NCBI GenBank assembly: GCA_016748015.1
Contig: JAAOMT010000468.1
Span: 310,001-374,000 of the forward strand
Direction: 5' to 3'
Source of the DNA: Geosiphon pyriformis uo1
Taxonomy: Eukaryota; Fungi; Glomeromycota
DNA: 64,000 nucleotides
The notes below the pieces were generated by a model. That model had not been told where the DNA came from and did not search any database. It saw only the letters and a program-made list of their open reading frames with translations. This document shows, in pieces, positions 36,023-49,527 of this stretch. The translations under genes and the position numbers were made by a program. Within the stretch, counting starts at the first letter, position 1. Each line of letters starts with the position of its first letter.

Positions 36023-38367
36023 CTACAACAAAATTGGTCCAACGCTTTCCTTTTTCTCCACTTCGCCTTCCGTCATGCTTTGGGTTTCATCAATACTATT
36101 TTGATGACTGGAATCTTTCTCTTGTGGATTAACATGTTTTCTAGGCTGGATTTCCTCGACGAGTTTATTGTTCCCTTTTTTAGATGAATCTGTTTGGATT
36201 CCAGCTTTATCACTTTTTACATTAATATCCTCATATCCTGATATTTGAGATGACTCTGATGGTGATCGGCTATGCCTAGGGGAGAACCCGATCCTTCCAT
36301 TGTCGTTTATTGATTTAATTTTGTGTTCTTTTGAAGCTGCCGATGAGGAATGACTTGTCGACCGTCGCAACATGCTGGTGAGCAGTGACATTGATGGGGA
36401 TTTTGAATTGTTAATGCTATTAGTTGCAAGAGGTTTAAGGTAATGCGATGATGCTGTGGATGGGTGCCCAGACCAGGTAGAAATTAGAGATCCATCATTA
36501 TTTAACGGTTTATTCGATGTCTCACTAGCTACAAATGAAGATGCAGAACTAGCTGAAGACCATAAAAGGTTGTCGATACTCCTATTACTGCTGAGCCTTT
36601 TCTGGCCTTCATGTAGTGGTAATAATCCTAAAGACCAAGTTGAAGATGATAATTGTTCCTCACCAATATTTTCTTGTGCTCTATGTGTGAAAATTTCTTT
36701 TAAGCGATCAGAAGCTGTGCTATCAATCGAGGACCCAGCAGTGACACCAGTTCCAGCGGCAGCCAATGGATCGATAGCCATCAACCCATAGGATTTTTCC
36801 GGACTGAAACCGAGAGTTTTATTGGATATAAATTCAGGCGCATCTTGATGTTTGGAGGATAACACAGTGTCAAAAGTTACAGCTACAGAACTAGGATAGG
36901 TTCTACGTTGGTGTAAAGATAGCCTTTTGGTTTCAAATTGAAATGACCCTCCATGCTGAGCATGTTTTGGTTTTGTTTTTAGATATAGGTCGTGGATATT
37001 CGGCCATTGCTCGTTTGCTGATTTGTCTCCTAATTGGGAATCCTCAGGTAATAGTTTTTCAAGTTTGCTCAATATTTGGAAGATGTCGTATACATGTTTG
37101 TGAGTTTTTTCTACCTGTTTCATGAAGCTGTTAACTGATGATTATTCAAGATAAAATTTTAGTATATTTCAAAAAGTCTGCAAGAACATCTTGTAAATTT
37201 CTCATACTCCCATACCAATAACGATCTGATCTAAATTGACCTTTGCCTGTAATTGTGAAGTAACCATTGCTTGGCTAATTTGGGTGCAGTATTGGTCTAC
37301 TGATTTCACAGTTTCTATAATGATTCGCTAAAAAGCAAAGGTACATAATTGTTAGGGTAATTAATAATCTATTTTTATTCTTGAAATATTAATACACAAT
37401 CCTTACCTGATCTTCGCAAATTTCTTCAGCACACTGCCGCACATATGACTGAAAGATCGCAGACCCTTTGGATAAAGATTCGTGTCTAAACAATGCTAAA
37501 TAGAATCAATTATTGAGCAATGATAATAAATTGACATATGAAAAAAAAATAAAAATAAAGCTGATATCAAACACTCGATATCCGATTCTTGTGCCTGAGA
37601 ACTTGGTCCCCAGAAACTGCTAAAGGTATAGCTGGCATTTTCAGGATGAGGTTTGATCAATGGTTCGAACTGAAAGACATCAAACAAACTTTACTGGGAT
37701 GACGAAAGTTCGGTATCAGAGAAACATTGCGATCCTTCTGATCGAACCTTAGGTATCTGACTTAGCAAAACGAGCTCGAGTTCTAAACCATCCGAATCAA
37801 TTTTTGTTGGTAAGGTTATCACCCCCTAGTCAAAAATTATGATTACATATATTATTCAACAATCTCAACCTGATTCAAAAACAGGGCCCACTACTCTATA
37901 TAAGTTGTAACCTTTTCAATGCCGCGTTTAAACAATCTGGAAGGGCTGATGCCTGTATCTCCATCTGCGGTATGGCTTGCAGCTTCAACTTGATCTACAA
38001 CTATTTCGGAATTGATTGGATCACCATGTTGATTACTATTTCCGTCCAAATTCACTCCCGCTTTTTCTCTTTTTCTATCATCATTTCCGGAATCCAGTCC
38101 AGTTATCTCCTTTTTACCATTACCTAATTCTAATTCTACGGGGAGCTCGATAGAAACTTTAGATTCGGGCAGGGAAATATCTTTTTCTTCTGTGCATAGG
38201 TTTTTACTATACGAAACTCCATTGGTTAAATCCCTGTTTGGGGCTGATTTGTAGTCTAAACTTTCTTCCCCCTTTAGGCTGCTACTAGCGATGCCTTTTA
38301 TATTGTCACCAGTTATTTTTTCCGTCTCTTTGACAAGAACTTCGTTCGAAGAATTTGAAAGATCCAT
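36023..38367 (-). CDS. BORCS5 (LOH12CR1/myrlysin)-like protein with long low-complexity N- and C-terminal extensions
   Basis: Spliced core LSQIPK|FEPLIK...FQSYVRQCAEEICEDQ|RIIIETVKSVD...LSKLEKLLPEDSQL parallels the BORCS5 pattern IPxFxPLL...QCAExVxxDQ...LNxMLPExxxL. Confidence 0.7.
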
Positions 38368-38869
38368 ATTTAGGAAACCTAAATAAGGTCAACCTCAAAA
38401 TTGTCTTCTCAAGTCAAAAGGAATAAGCTACTCAAATAATTGTTTCCATATTAAAATCGGTTCTAAATTTGTACTCCCACCGCAGATTTACTCACGGTCC
38501 TGGTGATCAACTTTGTGATTGATTCCTAATAACCAAAATAATAAACCCAGCCAAGCAAGGAGGCTCGCTTTATATTTTAAAAAAAAAACCACAAAGGTTT
38601 AAGAGAGAGGGTCATCTTTGTATTAAAAGAGGTCCAATTGAAATATTTGACTCTCGTTTAACTCGATTAATGTGCGAAGGACACCGTTAACAGTATAAGA
38701 TCTAATAATACAACTGAATCCAAATTCTAAATAATTGATCTCGAATATTCTGCTACAATGTGATTATGGAAGCGCGAGAATAAAACAGAATATTTGTCCG
38801 TGAGTAATGAAAGCGATTTCGTATTTCATTTGGAAAGTCTATTATGCCACATTTAGGAGCTCTTATAAA

Positions 38870-40914
38870 TCAATCTATAGTGCCTTTGTTCGGGGGATTC
38901 CTGGTCATTGATCTTGTTATTCGTCTTTCACTTATGTAAGGGCTACGCCGTCGTGCTAATTTTGTAGTAGATTTAGCAGTAGACTGGGTGGTTTTAGGTT
39001 TGGGCGTAGAAAAGGGGCTTTTATTCGGTAGGGATGTAGTTAAAGGAGATCGTCTAACCATTTGAGGCGTGGATGTAGTCTGATCAGGCACGATTGATGA
39101 TGTCGGCACCCCGGGTGATTTGGGGGATATGATCTTTTGGTTAAAAAAAGGTGAACGTGGGGTGTCAGAGGGAGAAAATGAGTTCGTGTCGTTGGTCTGA
39201 GATGATGATAATGGTGGTCCTACAGAAAGCGGAGATGAAAAAGGGCTCTTGTTCAAAGGATTAATTAAGATAGCGGGTTCCAAATCGTTTTGTCCATCTG
39301 AATCTTGATTTTGCAGGCTTGATATAGTGAAGGAGCTTTCAACTGTCATATATATGAGAATGGATTACAAAAATAATCAGATATCTATGTGCGTAAAAAT
39401 CTGGAATATACCATATCCTCACCTTCCACTATGTCATCTTCCTTATTTTCCAACTCCAATAATCTTTTTTGAATTGGAGACAGATTTCTTCGTAGATCTT
39501 CTATTATTTTGCTTCTCTTGAGATAGGCAAAAGGTTTGGCGCGTTTTCCCTCTACTTCTTTTCTCAATCGGTCATAGATTTTAATCGCATCAACTTGTCG
39601 ATGATGATGAACAGCATACATCATATAAAATTCCAAGCAAATGGTATCTTCACTGTTAGTACAATAATTCTCTAGAAAAGACTCTTCCTCACGGTTAAAA
39701 GGGAAGTATAACATTTTGTTCAATTTATCTGTTATAGGTTCTGTGAAAAATTAAGTAAAGAGTCAGCTTGAAAGTACTAGATGATAAAAGCACATAAACT
39801 TACTTTCAGAGAAACAATAATCAAGCATCTTTTGAAAAAGTACATGTTTCGGAACAGCTCCTCCTTCAGGCTGTTCTCGCTAAGAAAATTCCAGTATTTA
39901 GTACCGGGTACCCATACTCTTTAAATAATTCAAAATGTTCATCTACCATATAAAAAAAAGCTTCAATTAGATCGCAACGCATGAGCAGGTTCATGAGTAA
40001 TTCTACGCCTTCTCTTGAGGTTAATTCTGGTTTGGTGATGTCAACGTAAATTAGAGCTTCACGGGGACCTGCATGTTGATATAGTGTTTTGACAACTTTA
40101 ATATCAAAATCAACTTTGACTTCGGGTTCGCCAAGGAATCGAATGGCTTCCTAGAGTGAATCAATTTAAAAAACTTTCAATAAACCCAATATATTACTAA
40201 AAGCAACACTAGTCATATCACCTCAAATCGCCATTGATCCAAAAACCAAAATCCATCCATTAAAGACATCCAATTGTACGGAATTAGATATCTTTCGGCG
40301 AATTTCTGATATGTGTGCAGGTCGAAGTCTTTTAAAATATAATACATCTATGTAGAAATACCAATTAATATTGAAATCAACCAAAATGGCGCGATTCAAA
40401 AAAAAATTCATAAATACCAAACAATGGGATTTCAATTCATCCAATTTACTACTATTATATATAGCATCAGCTAATTTTTGCAAAGCTTCTTGATCAGCCG
40501 GAGGGTATAGTGAAGCTGTAAAACGAAGGTCAATTTAACAGGAAAATACCAAGAACTCCAAATAATGAGGATCAGCCAACCCGAATTCCGTACGGTCAAT
40601 TTCTGCATAACGAAGGAGCAAATGAATGAAAAGCTCGCCATCCATTTGCTGTTGCCTGTGCTTTATTAAGCTCACGGCTGTGCTATTATAAGGCCATTTG
40701 ACTTTTTCAATCAAGTCCCAAAACCGTGCGGTCTAAGAACGCGTCGGAGTAAAAAAATTTAATCGTGGGCTAAATGATAAAAATGTTGTGCTGAAGAAAA
40801 ACAACTTGCCTTGGAGGACTCAGCTTCAGTTAGAGAGTTGGAGTTTTCATACCATGCGAGGTGATAGGTTTGAAGGGTCAAAAAGGTATCTTTTGTCGCG
40901 ATAATTTCTCCCAT
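38870..40914 (-). CDS. ELYS-like nuclear pore assembly protein (short fungal form) with S/TP-rich tail
   Basis: Spliced WPYN...GELFIHLLL...LYPPADQEALQKLADAI...KSHCL|MYYILKD...MDGFWFLDQWRFE|EAIRFL, matching the ELYS alpha-helical domain pattern. Confidence 0.8.
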
Positions 40915-41492
40915 CAAAAAATGCAAAGGATAGTTATTGGGTTTGATATATTCAAAGTTCCAAAAATTGAATTATCCCATGAGCGATCATATCTGAATTG
41001 GGCTAACAGTGAAGTTGTCAAATTAAATTAGCACTAGGCAGGAAAAATGATATAATATCCATTCGCCTAGCTCCTTTGGATTGTTTGGCAACAAAATTGT
41101 AAAGATGTCTGGAAACAATTATTTCATCCCAAAATTATTTCAGATAAAAATGAGATTTCTAGCTTCGATCATTATTTAGTAAAATACATGATTTGCCAAA
41201 CTATTGTAAATAATAAATGCAATATATAAATGTTAAATTCGAAACCAAACAAAGCTAATGAAGAAAACTGTACAAAGTAGTGTTCCTTATAAACCAAAAC
41301 TATCGAATCACCCACCAAATTATTTTAAGTATGTTTCTAATCAAGGAACGGCGCAAAAATGTTAAAACGCTTTTTTAGCAACGAAGTTGATGAATAACAA
41401 AATAAATAAAAGAATGGCAAAATTATATATAAATAGAAAGAAAATTTTTAAAAAGTTTAGTCAAAATTACTTCATCAACAAGAACAATCTCT

Positions 41493-44400
41493 TTATTCAG
41501 CCGTGATTCCTGAAGCAATGTGTTCAGGAATTTTAGGAAGTGGAGGAGCATCATCATCCTTGAGGCTGTTGAGAATATTTTCAGCTCTTAGAATCACAGA
41601 TATAGTGCGTGTTAGGCGTTTATCACGAGGAGTACCACGTTGTTTGCGATTTGGTGTCTCCAAATCTCGACCATTCCTAAGATTCTCGAGCAAATTATCC
41701 ATAAGATGTTTATCCTGGTTCTCGTTCACAGGATTTAGGCTAATCTCTGGATTTGCAGGTTTTTCTTTCTTAATGCGTTTAGCAATCTCCTAAATTTGAT
41801 GCGGTATTGATTATGAATTCCACATGGAAAGAATTGTTGAATTCAATTTTAAGTTTGAAATATTTACCTCCATTCGCTTCTGATTAGCCAATTCACGTTC
41901 TTGTTTCTGTTTGTTATCATGCCTTGCCCGCTTTACATTCCAAGTGAAAATAAAGACAGATTAGAGCGGTTATACGACCTAAATAATCAAACATTTTCAA
42001 TAAGTACCTCAAATGAAGCCAAAAACGTCTTGAAAATCCCGAAAAATTCATCAGGTTTCGTAGAGCTTGGATCTTCGCCATAATATCCCACCACATCCTT
42101 ATAAGCTACTTCCATTGAAGTGTACTTGATCTGAAGTTCTTCAAATTTCTCTCGCGATTTATTGACAAAACTTTTCATTACGACGGGGAAGTTATCGCCA
42201 GACTCTAGTTGAACTTCTTCATTAAAGTGCTTCTCCAGTTCCAGAGCGAGATCATTTAATTTAATGCCCATTTGTCTGTACTCTGCGTTGAGTTCCTGCT
42301 GCGATACTAAATAAAGAACCACAACATATCATTTATATTTTTATGTGTTAATTATAAATCCATTGAATTTTTCCATGATAGCAGCAAACCTCGACAAGCA
42401 GCCCCGCAATCCCTCAATTCCTCGACAAACCCCACGATATGTGGTGCCTTTTTTTCAACCGTAGTGGCCAGGAAATGTAGTAGTGTAGTCGAAGTGTTGG
42501 AGGATGCTTTCGTATCAACCAACTTGTCCAAGATTAAAAAAACTATCATTAATGGGTGTTTAAACGGTTGAAAATTTATTTCCAAGTTTACCTTGTTAAT
42601 ACTAGCGATTGTAAAGCCATAGGCACCGCCTTTCATGGTAGCGCCATTCATATAGTTCCCCATTATCAAAATAAGCTACAAAGAATGACATGTAATTTGT
42701 TTTTACACATAAAGGACAAACAGAAAATCAGAATAGGTTATAGAGTAAAAAGATAATTTACGTCTAGCAGCTCTCTGAAATTTTTAGCATCTTTCAACGA
42801 TAGGGAGGCATTAAGGACTGCAATAACGTTCTAAAATATAAAGAAAATGTTCAAAGGTCTTATCAATTCAACAAGACTCGATTAAAGATGAGTAACCATA
42901 ATGATATATTTGACAAACCTGTTCAAGATCGTTAAACTTTTCGTCAAAAGTCAAATGAAAGTGCATAAATTTTAGGCGTTGCTCATATCGATGAATCTGC
43001 ATAACCTATAGTCATCAATAATTGGTAACCCCAACCTTGAAGGAAATTCATTATTTCATGTGAAACGACGTAGATATTATTTTTATCAGACAATCAAACC
43101 TCAACAAAGAAGCGATCCGGCCGTGCTAAATTCTCGAGAACATCATCTGGACTATCTTTATAGATCATTAATTTGCCACGCTAAACAATATTATACAACA
43201 AATATAAGAACGTGACCTATAAGAAAGAGAAACCGTTCTAAGAGCCATACCTCATCGGCAGTAGGAGTGAACTGCATAAGTTGATTGAGCAAGTTTTCTG
43301 TACAAAATAATTCATCCATTTCAACGATCTTGCGATGCATTTCAGAAAATGGCATTTGTTTGTATCGGCCAAGGACCACATCTAACGAGGCAATTAATAT
43401 GAAACCATTCTACACGGAATTCAATAAAGTTTAGTAAACTTTCTAGTTCATACTCACTAATATTGTAAGCTCTTTTGGAATCCAAGACACTTATTTCTTC
43501 TTTCTTCTCTTCTTTCTTCTCTTTGAAATAATAAATTAAAGTGATGTTGAATGATATTAGAAATTTTTAAATGTAAAGGCAATTTAAAGAAATACAAACT
43601 TTTTGGAGCAACTTGTCTAGCCGCGAACAATTCTTCAATGCTGGTAAATACACTATCCTCCCCACCAAGCAACATGAGTAGCTCTTCGTCGGTTAAATTT
43701 TGCCGAGACCATATTGTTTTGTTGATAGAGAATTGATTGAACTTTTCCCATTGAAGCTGTTTCAGCTTTTTCTTGGCTGATATACCGAGTGCCTTACGAT
43801 TATTGAGACCTGGATGAGATCAGGGATATTTTTTGAGGTTAGAGAATTTTAGGAGGCATTTGAAGTCTGCTAATAAAGAAAAATCTGAATTAACCATTCG
43901 GAGCAGTAGGAGCAAAAGCCCCAGGTGGTGGTGGTGGGCCGCCGGGAATGCCTGGGGGTGGTGGTGGTGGTGGTGGTGGACCTCCGGGAATGCCTGGCGG
44001 TGGTGGTGGTGGTGGTGGTGGTGGTGGACCTCCAGGAATGCCTGGCGGTGGTGGTGGTGGCGGCGGCGGACCTCCGGGAATGCCTGGCGGTGGTGGTGGT
44101 GGCGGTGGTGGCGGTGGGGGACCCCCAGGGACTTCTGCTGATGATGATGGGGGCGGAGGTGGTGGCGGAGGTATTTCTGCTTCTGTGGAAATAGGCGATG
44201 ATGGTGTTATATTTGAAGTAGGTGGGTCTGTTAACATAATTGGAGGTGGGGGAGGTGGAGGTATATCTGTCGCTGAACTTGGTGGTGGTAAATCAGAAAA
44301 TGCAGGTAGCGATGTTTGAGGACGTGGTGGAAGTTTGGGGGCTACACTAGGTGATGCAGTTGAACCGGATTGATTTCCTTGACTATTTTCTATGCTACTA

Positions 44401-47400
44401 TCATTTTTGATATCTAGATCCAATGTCTCATTTTTAGAGGTTGAAAAATCGGAAATGTTTTGCCCAAATGCTTCATTATTCACTTTGCCATTTTGATGAA
44501 GGGTATCAAGCTCATCAGTGCGTTCACTATTGTTTCGGATTGGAATGCGAAAACCTCCTGCTGAGGAAAAAGATGCAATTGGAGATGCGGTAGGCGGACC
44601 GAATTTCTGGGGTATGGAAGGGAAAGTGGCATGTGGTAAACTTGGAGCTGCAAATGGATAGCCAGTGTCAACTGTGGAATTACTTAATCGGCGATAATCC
44701 TTTACATCTGGCATCTAGGATTATGGTCATGAAAATTTGATCTGTTAGGAATTTAAATCATCAAGAATAAAATAAATTTCGAGTTGATAGCTTATATTTT
44801 ACCTTCACGTCACCAAATGTCGGTGGTGTCCAAACCTTATTTCGCCCTTCTAATCGGGCTTGAGTCTTTGCAATTTCTGACATTCTTTCCAACTTTTTGA
44901 TAATCTCCTGCCGACTTAACCCATCCTCATTCCCATGCATGTTGAGTTCCTTTACGGTGTTTTCAAATTCACGCATTTGGATGTTTTGCTCAGCCAGTTT
45001 TTGCAAATAACTAGACTCAAGATCGACAAGCTTTGTTTGAAGAGTTTGGACACTATGACGAGACATGCGAAGAAGTTCTTCAAGTGAATTCACTTTGGAT
45101 TTCAGTTCACTGACAAGACCATCTAAATAAAAAAATTTCATGCGCTTTAGTTTTTCAAATAATAAAAGGGAGAACGAATTGGAAATAATATTTCATACCA
45201 GACCCTTTGGAAAGTTCTTTTTGAAGCTCCTGCTTCTCTTTCAAAGCTTTCTCTGCTATCATCTTGGCTTCTCTTGCCTCCTCCATGGCACTCTGGACTT
45301 TTTCTTGGTCCCCCAGCCTTTCAATAACCTGCGAGACAGACACCCCAACTGTATGGGTAAAATCCTGATCTAACCCTCGTCTATCAAGAACAACTTGGGT
45401 AATTAAAGCATCAATGAGCTGAAAATATCGGGTCCTAATTTTAATAAAAATTATCAAGACAATTTATAAGTGTATCTGATAATTTACGAAATATAAAATG
45501 TTCAAACTAGTCAGAGTAGATCGAGTAAATCCACCTTGTCTCTCCATCATCACGTATCAACAACATATGTTGCATAGCTGATAGAAAGAAATCATAGCCT
45601 CGTGTTCCTTCGACGGAAGCAAGAATACACTGAAACACATCGTGAGGATCAGTACGTCATGTTAAGGTTGCAATGGAAAAGAGAGCAAATGGTGGAGTTT
45701 CAATTTCTTCTTTTTATTGATTTCAAAAAAAGGATATGTCATGTCTTGCAAGATCTGATGATTATAGTAATCCAAGACCTCTTCATAGTCGGCCTCGCTT
45801 TCACGTTCAAATTTCAAAATTTGCCGGTTAATGAGTTCATAGTTAAACATTTTCATTTTCTATCCAGAAGAAAGATCATAAAAGTAAAGATGGTCAACTT
45901 ATGGAAAGCAATCGTGATGAATTAATAGAGTGAATATATAATTAATCGCTTACATCAATGATCCTCGTCAGCCCGCAAGCATGTAGTTGATTCCGAAGGT
46001 GTACACGTAGCTCAACATCATCACAAACACCAATAAGCGAATTTACCAGTATCATATTTGAAAGCTACATTGGTGGGAAAAGGAAAGCTCAATCGAAATT
46101 TTTGGATCACAAGTACTAGCAAGTTCTCAGATAATTCATACCGTGTATTCCATTAAAGAACTATCAATTCCTATCCCACCTTTCCTAAAATCTTCACCTG
46201 CACCCACCAAGCTACCCATCTTCCCGCGTCCATCAATCATGTTTTCCAACATTCTCATCCAGGCATCGAACCTTCCATGCTCAGCTTGAAATTGCATTAG
46301 TTGATCAAAGCCAGCCAATACCAAATTGTGCCCAACGGGGATTTCACAATAGCAAAGGAAGGAAAGTACTTCGGCGACAAGTTTACGTGTATTGAGTTGA
46401 GGTGACACAAGGGAGAAAGTTATACTGTATATGCATTGAGGATGAGCGAGAGCTTCTTGAGCCCCCCACTAAATTTTTCAGAAAATAAAAATTTTATTAA
46501 TTTTAAAGGAATAAAAATGTTTTTATTATTTTCAAAAATCAAAAAAAATTGTGGTTGAAACAAAGGAAATTGTGATTGCAAGTAGACACCAAATGTTGAA
46601 TCACAATTTTATACCATTTTACTGGAAGTAACCCATTTGGCTCACCTCTCACGATATTTTTAAAGGACGTGACCCAGAATTAGACAGCAAAAGTGAATTC
46701 TACATTTGATAGCTACTTGACTTCATACCAATAAAATCAATCTCGATAAATTTTCAAATAAAAGAGATGGATGTGATCATTCTCGCACCAAAACATACTC
46801 TGCTATTTAATAATGACTTTAGGCATTTTATTATTCCGTATTCCATTTGCAAATCAACTTCTCTTCTGCTCAAGATTGAAGAATTTATCCATTAGTAAGA
46901 ATCTTTCCGAGAATATTTAAAGAAAAATTTTAATAATAAAATCTTGTAAAATTGTTACGTACTTTATCGGTTTATGGGTTATACTATTAAGATAATTGGC
47001 CAAGACTTCTTGGCCTTTTGCATCAATAAATGATCGTACCCATCTAAAAATTCAAGAAGATAATTTTAATAGAGGCAAATGGTTAACTAATCTCTCAATT
47101 CCAAGGAGAAATGACACAAACGTAATCTGGGCAGTTCTTAATGAGACACTTAAGGAATCCATATTTTTAACGGTAATAGACCCATCCATAATTTTTCCTA
47201 AATAATATTCGGGTGTGCCACCAGGAGAGTAACCATTTGGAGGATAACCATTTGGATTCCGCTGTGATATTATTTAAAAAGTTAATATGATGACGGTGGA
47301 GGTTTTGCTATTTATATTTTTTTTACCTCACCATCCAGACGGTCATTTTTTATCAATATCCATTTTTTGTCTGTTGGAATGGACATCATTTGTTTTCTTT

Positions 47401-48211
47401 GAGCTTCTGATAGCTTTTTTAAATCACGTTTATTCTTTAAGATAGCGATATAATCAACCAGAATCGTTGCCAATAATATTAGTAAATTCCTGAATTGACA
47501 TAGAAACATGATCTAAGTTGCGAATACCATCAATTCCAAGAACATTTTTTCAATCTCTTCATCGGAAGGTTTTGCCATTTCTTGCCGGTTGTGATTAGTA
47601 TGATGAAGAATTCCACGATCTTTTGTAACATTATCATTACTTTTGTTATTGTTATTGTTGTTGTTGTTGTTGTTGTTGTTATGATTATTATTCCAAAAGG
47701 GCGTTTCGCCATATAATGTGGCAGAAGAGCGTATTGATGCAGAGCCAGAGGATGAGGCCTCTGGATTTGAAGAAGATGGAAAATAATCCCCAGAATTATG
47801 CCTAGTGTGGTCTGGAAAATTTTGTTGATTTGGTCCAGGAGAACCGGGATTTGGTGGCGGATAATATTCTGATAACGTCTGTGGTTGTTGTGGGGGTAAG
47901 TTCGATCCAGGCTGTGGAAACGGTGGTGGATAAGGTTGTTGATGCGGCGGATATGGTATTTGGTAAGGATATGATGGTGCATGCTGAAGTGGGGGAGAAA
48001 AAGTTCCCAGTGATTGTTGTCCGGGATGCGGCCCATAATATGCAAATCCTGGGTAGGGATTATTATTCACCAAAGTCGGACCTGGAGGCCCAAAAACAGG
48101 TTGGCTGGAACTACTAGTCGTAACATCGGAAGGTGAGAAGGAATTTGTTACGTCCGTGGAGTTTTTGGTGGGTTTGTTCTTTTTTTTGCCTCCAAATAAG
48201 TGGTGCGCCAT
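41493..48211 (-). CDS. Diaphanous-related formin (GBD/FH3-FH1-FH2-DAD; SepA/Bni1-like), ~20 exons
   Basis: GBD (LSVSLRTAQITWVRSFI, RKLVAEVLSFLC), FH3 (FFLSAMQHMLLI), FH1 polyproline, FH2 (LKQLQWEK, GNYMNG..GGAYGF, TLLHFLA, EFFGIFKTF), DAD (MDNLLENLR). Confidence 0.95.
43920..44170 (-). repeat. FH1 coding tandem repeats (GIPGG-polyP)
   Basis: Three GIPGGP(n) units plus EVPGGP(n). Confidence 0.9.
45652..45737 (-). other. U12-type AT-AC intron (86 nt) in the formin FH3 region
   Basis: 5' splice site ATATCCTTT, branch site CCTTAAC ending 9 nt before the 3' end, terminal AC. Splicing gives in-frame QDMT-DPHDVF. Confidence 0.9.
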
Positions 48212-48722
48212 AAATTCTCGAAATAAAATGTTCTATTGGTTTCTCAAACAATTCACAATCAACCTTTGGATATGATCAAATTCAGTTTATTAGATCTATT
48301 CTGGTTTAAAGTAACAACTTGGCATTTATTCGAGGCAACAAGTAGCAAGTAACAAATGAAAGACAAAATCTCACTTTTAGTCTTTGCCTACGTTTCTTAT
48401 GGCACTAAATTGCTTTGGGGGACAAAAGAATGACGAAATTTTTATTCTCTTGCTGCTTTTGGGTTTTTTACAATGAATGCCGTGATGATATTATTATTGG
48501 CTAAAATTACAAATTTAATGTCAAACCACAACAATCATTAATTAACACCTTTTGACACGTGGTATACGTTTTGAACGAATATTTAATTTGAATTAATAAG
48601 ACTTGGCTAATCTTTTTCAAATCACATGATCTGTTTTAATCTGATTTAGGATCAAATTTTCATTGAGCCAAAAAATCCTTTGACTAAATTATGTGTTCGG
48701 CCCATTAAGATAAAGAATTATC

Positions 48723-49527
48723 TCATTCACGTATTTGCATAAATGTTGAAACCACCGTAGCGTTAGTTTTACGAAGAAACTGAAAATATATATTGAAGTT
48801 AGAATCTATTGATTTAAAGTATACAGAAAAACTTACTCACCATTGAGATAGTGCCAAAGATCCCTTCCTTTCGTAAAGGTTTTCCATCCCATAAATCAGC
48901 ATGTCTCACAATCTTACCTTCATCGTTAAGATCAAGTACAGCTAAACTGTTAACCGCGATATCTTTCTTAAAGAGAGCCAAAGTGTAGATTACCCTGAGA
49001 TCGATTTCGATAGATTTTTCTTCATTTTTCACAATCTTATAACTATCCGCCGTAGATTTTGCAAAAACCTTTGGCATGGCATAGAATTGCGCTTTTACAT
49101 TTGCCAAACCAACAGCATATGATATTGGATCTTCGAATCTAAAAAGGAAAACATCAAATTTTGAGTTGAAAGAGTGAGATTTTGAATCATTGGAATATTG
49201 AGCTTACAAAGCATTCTCTGAATAAAAGTTGAATTTTTCTTTGGTCGGTTTGCATTGGTAGAGATCAAGAACATAGCTCACAAGCTGTTCACGTTCCTTT
49301 GAAAGTGGCTTTAAATTGTCAGCAAGGGGATGTGATGATGAGCCGTCAGACAATGAAGAGCTCAGATTGGGGTTTAAAGTGGTAGACATTTGCGCGCAGT
49401 TAGCAAGTGAAATATAAAAAACTGAAAGTGATTGAAACTTGTTTGAAAGACTCGATGAAGACAGAGATTTAGAAAATGCAAAGGGTCGCAGAATATTTTT
49501 ATCAAAAACAGGAAACCGGAAAAGCAT
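48723..49527 (-). CDS. SnoaL/NTF2-like fold protein; 3 exons
   Basis: FYSENAL|FEDPISYAVGLANVKAQFYAMPKVF...GKIVRHADLWDGKPL. Alternative ATG at 49389. Confidence 0.75.

Noticed and set aside
43833-44319. Poly-W, poly-V and poly-G ORFs
   Set aside because: Antisense frames of the formin FH1 polyproline region.
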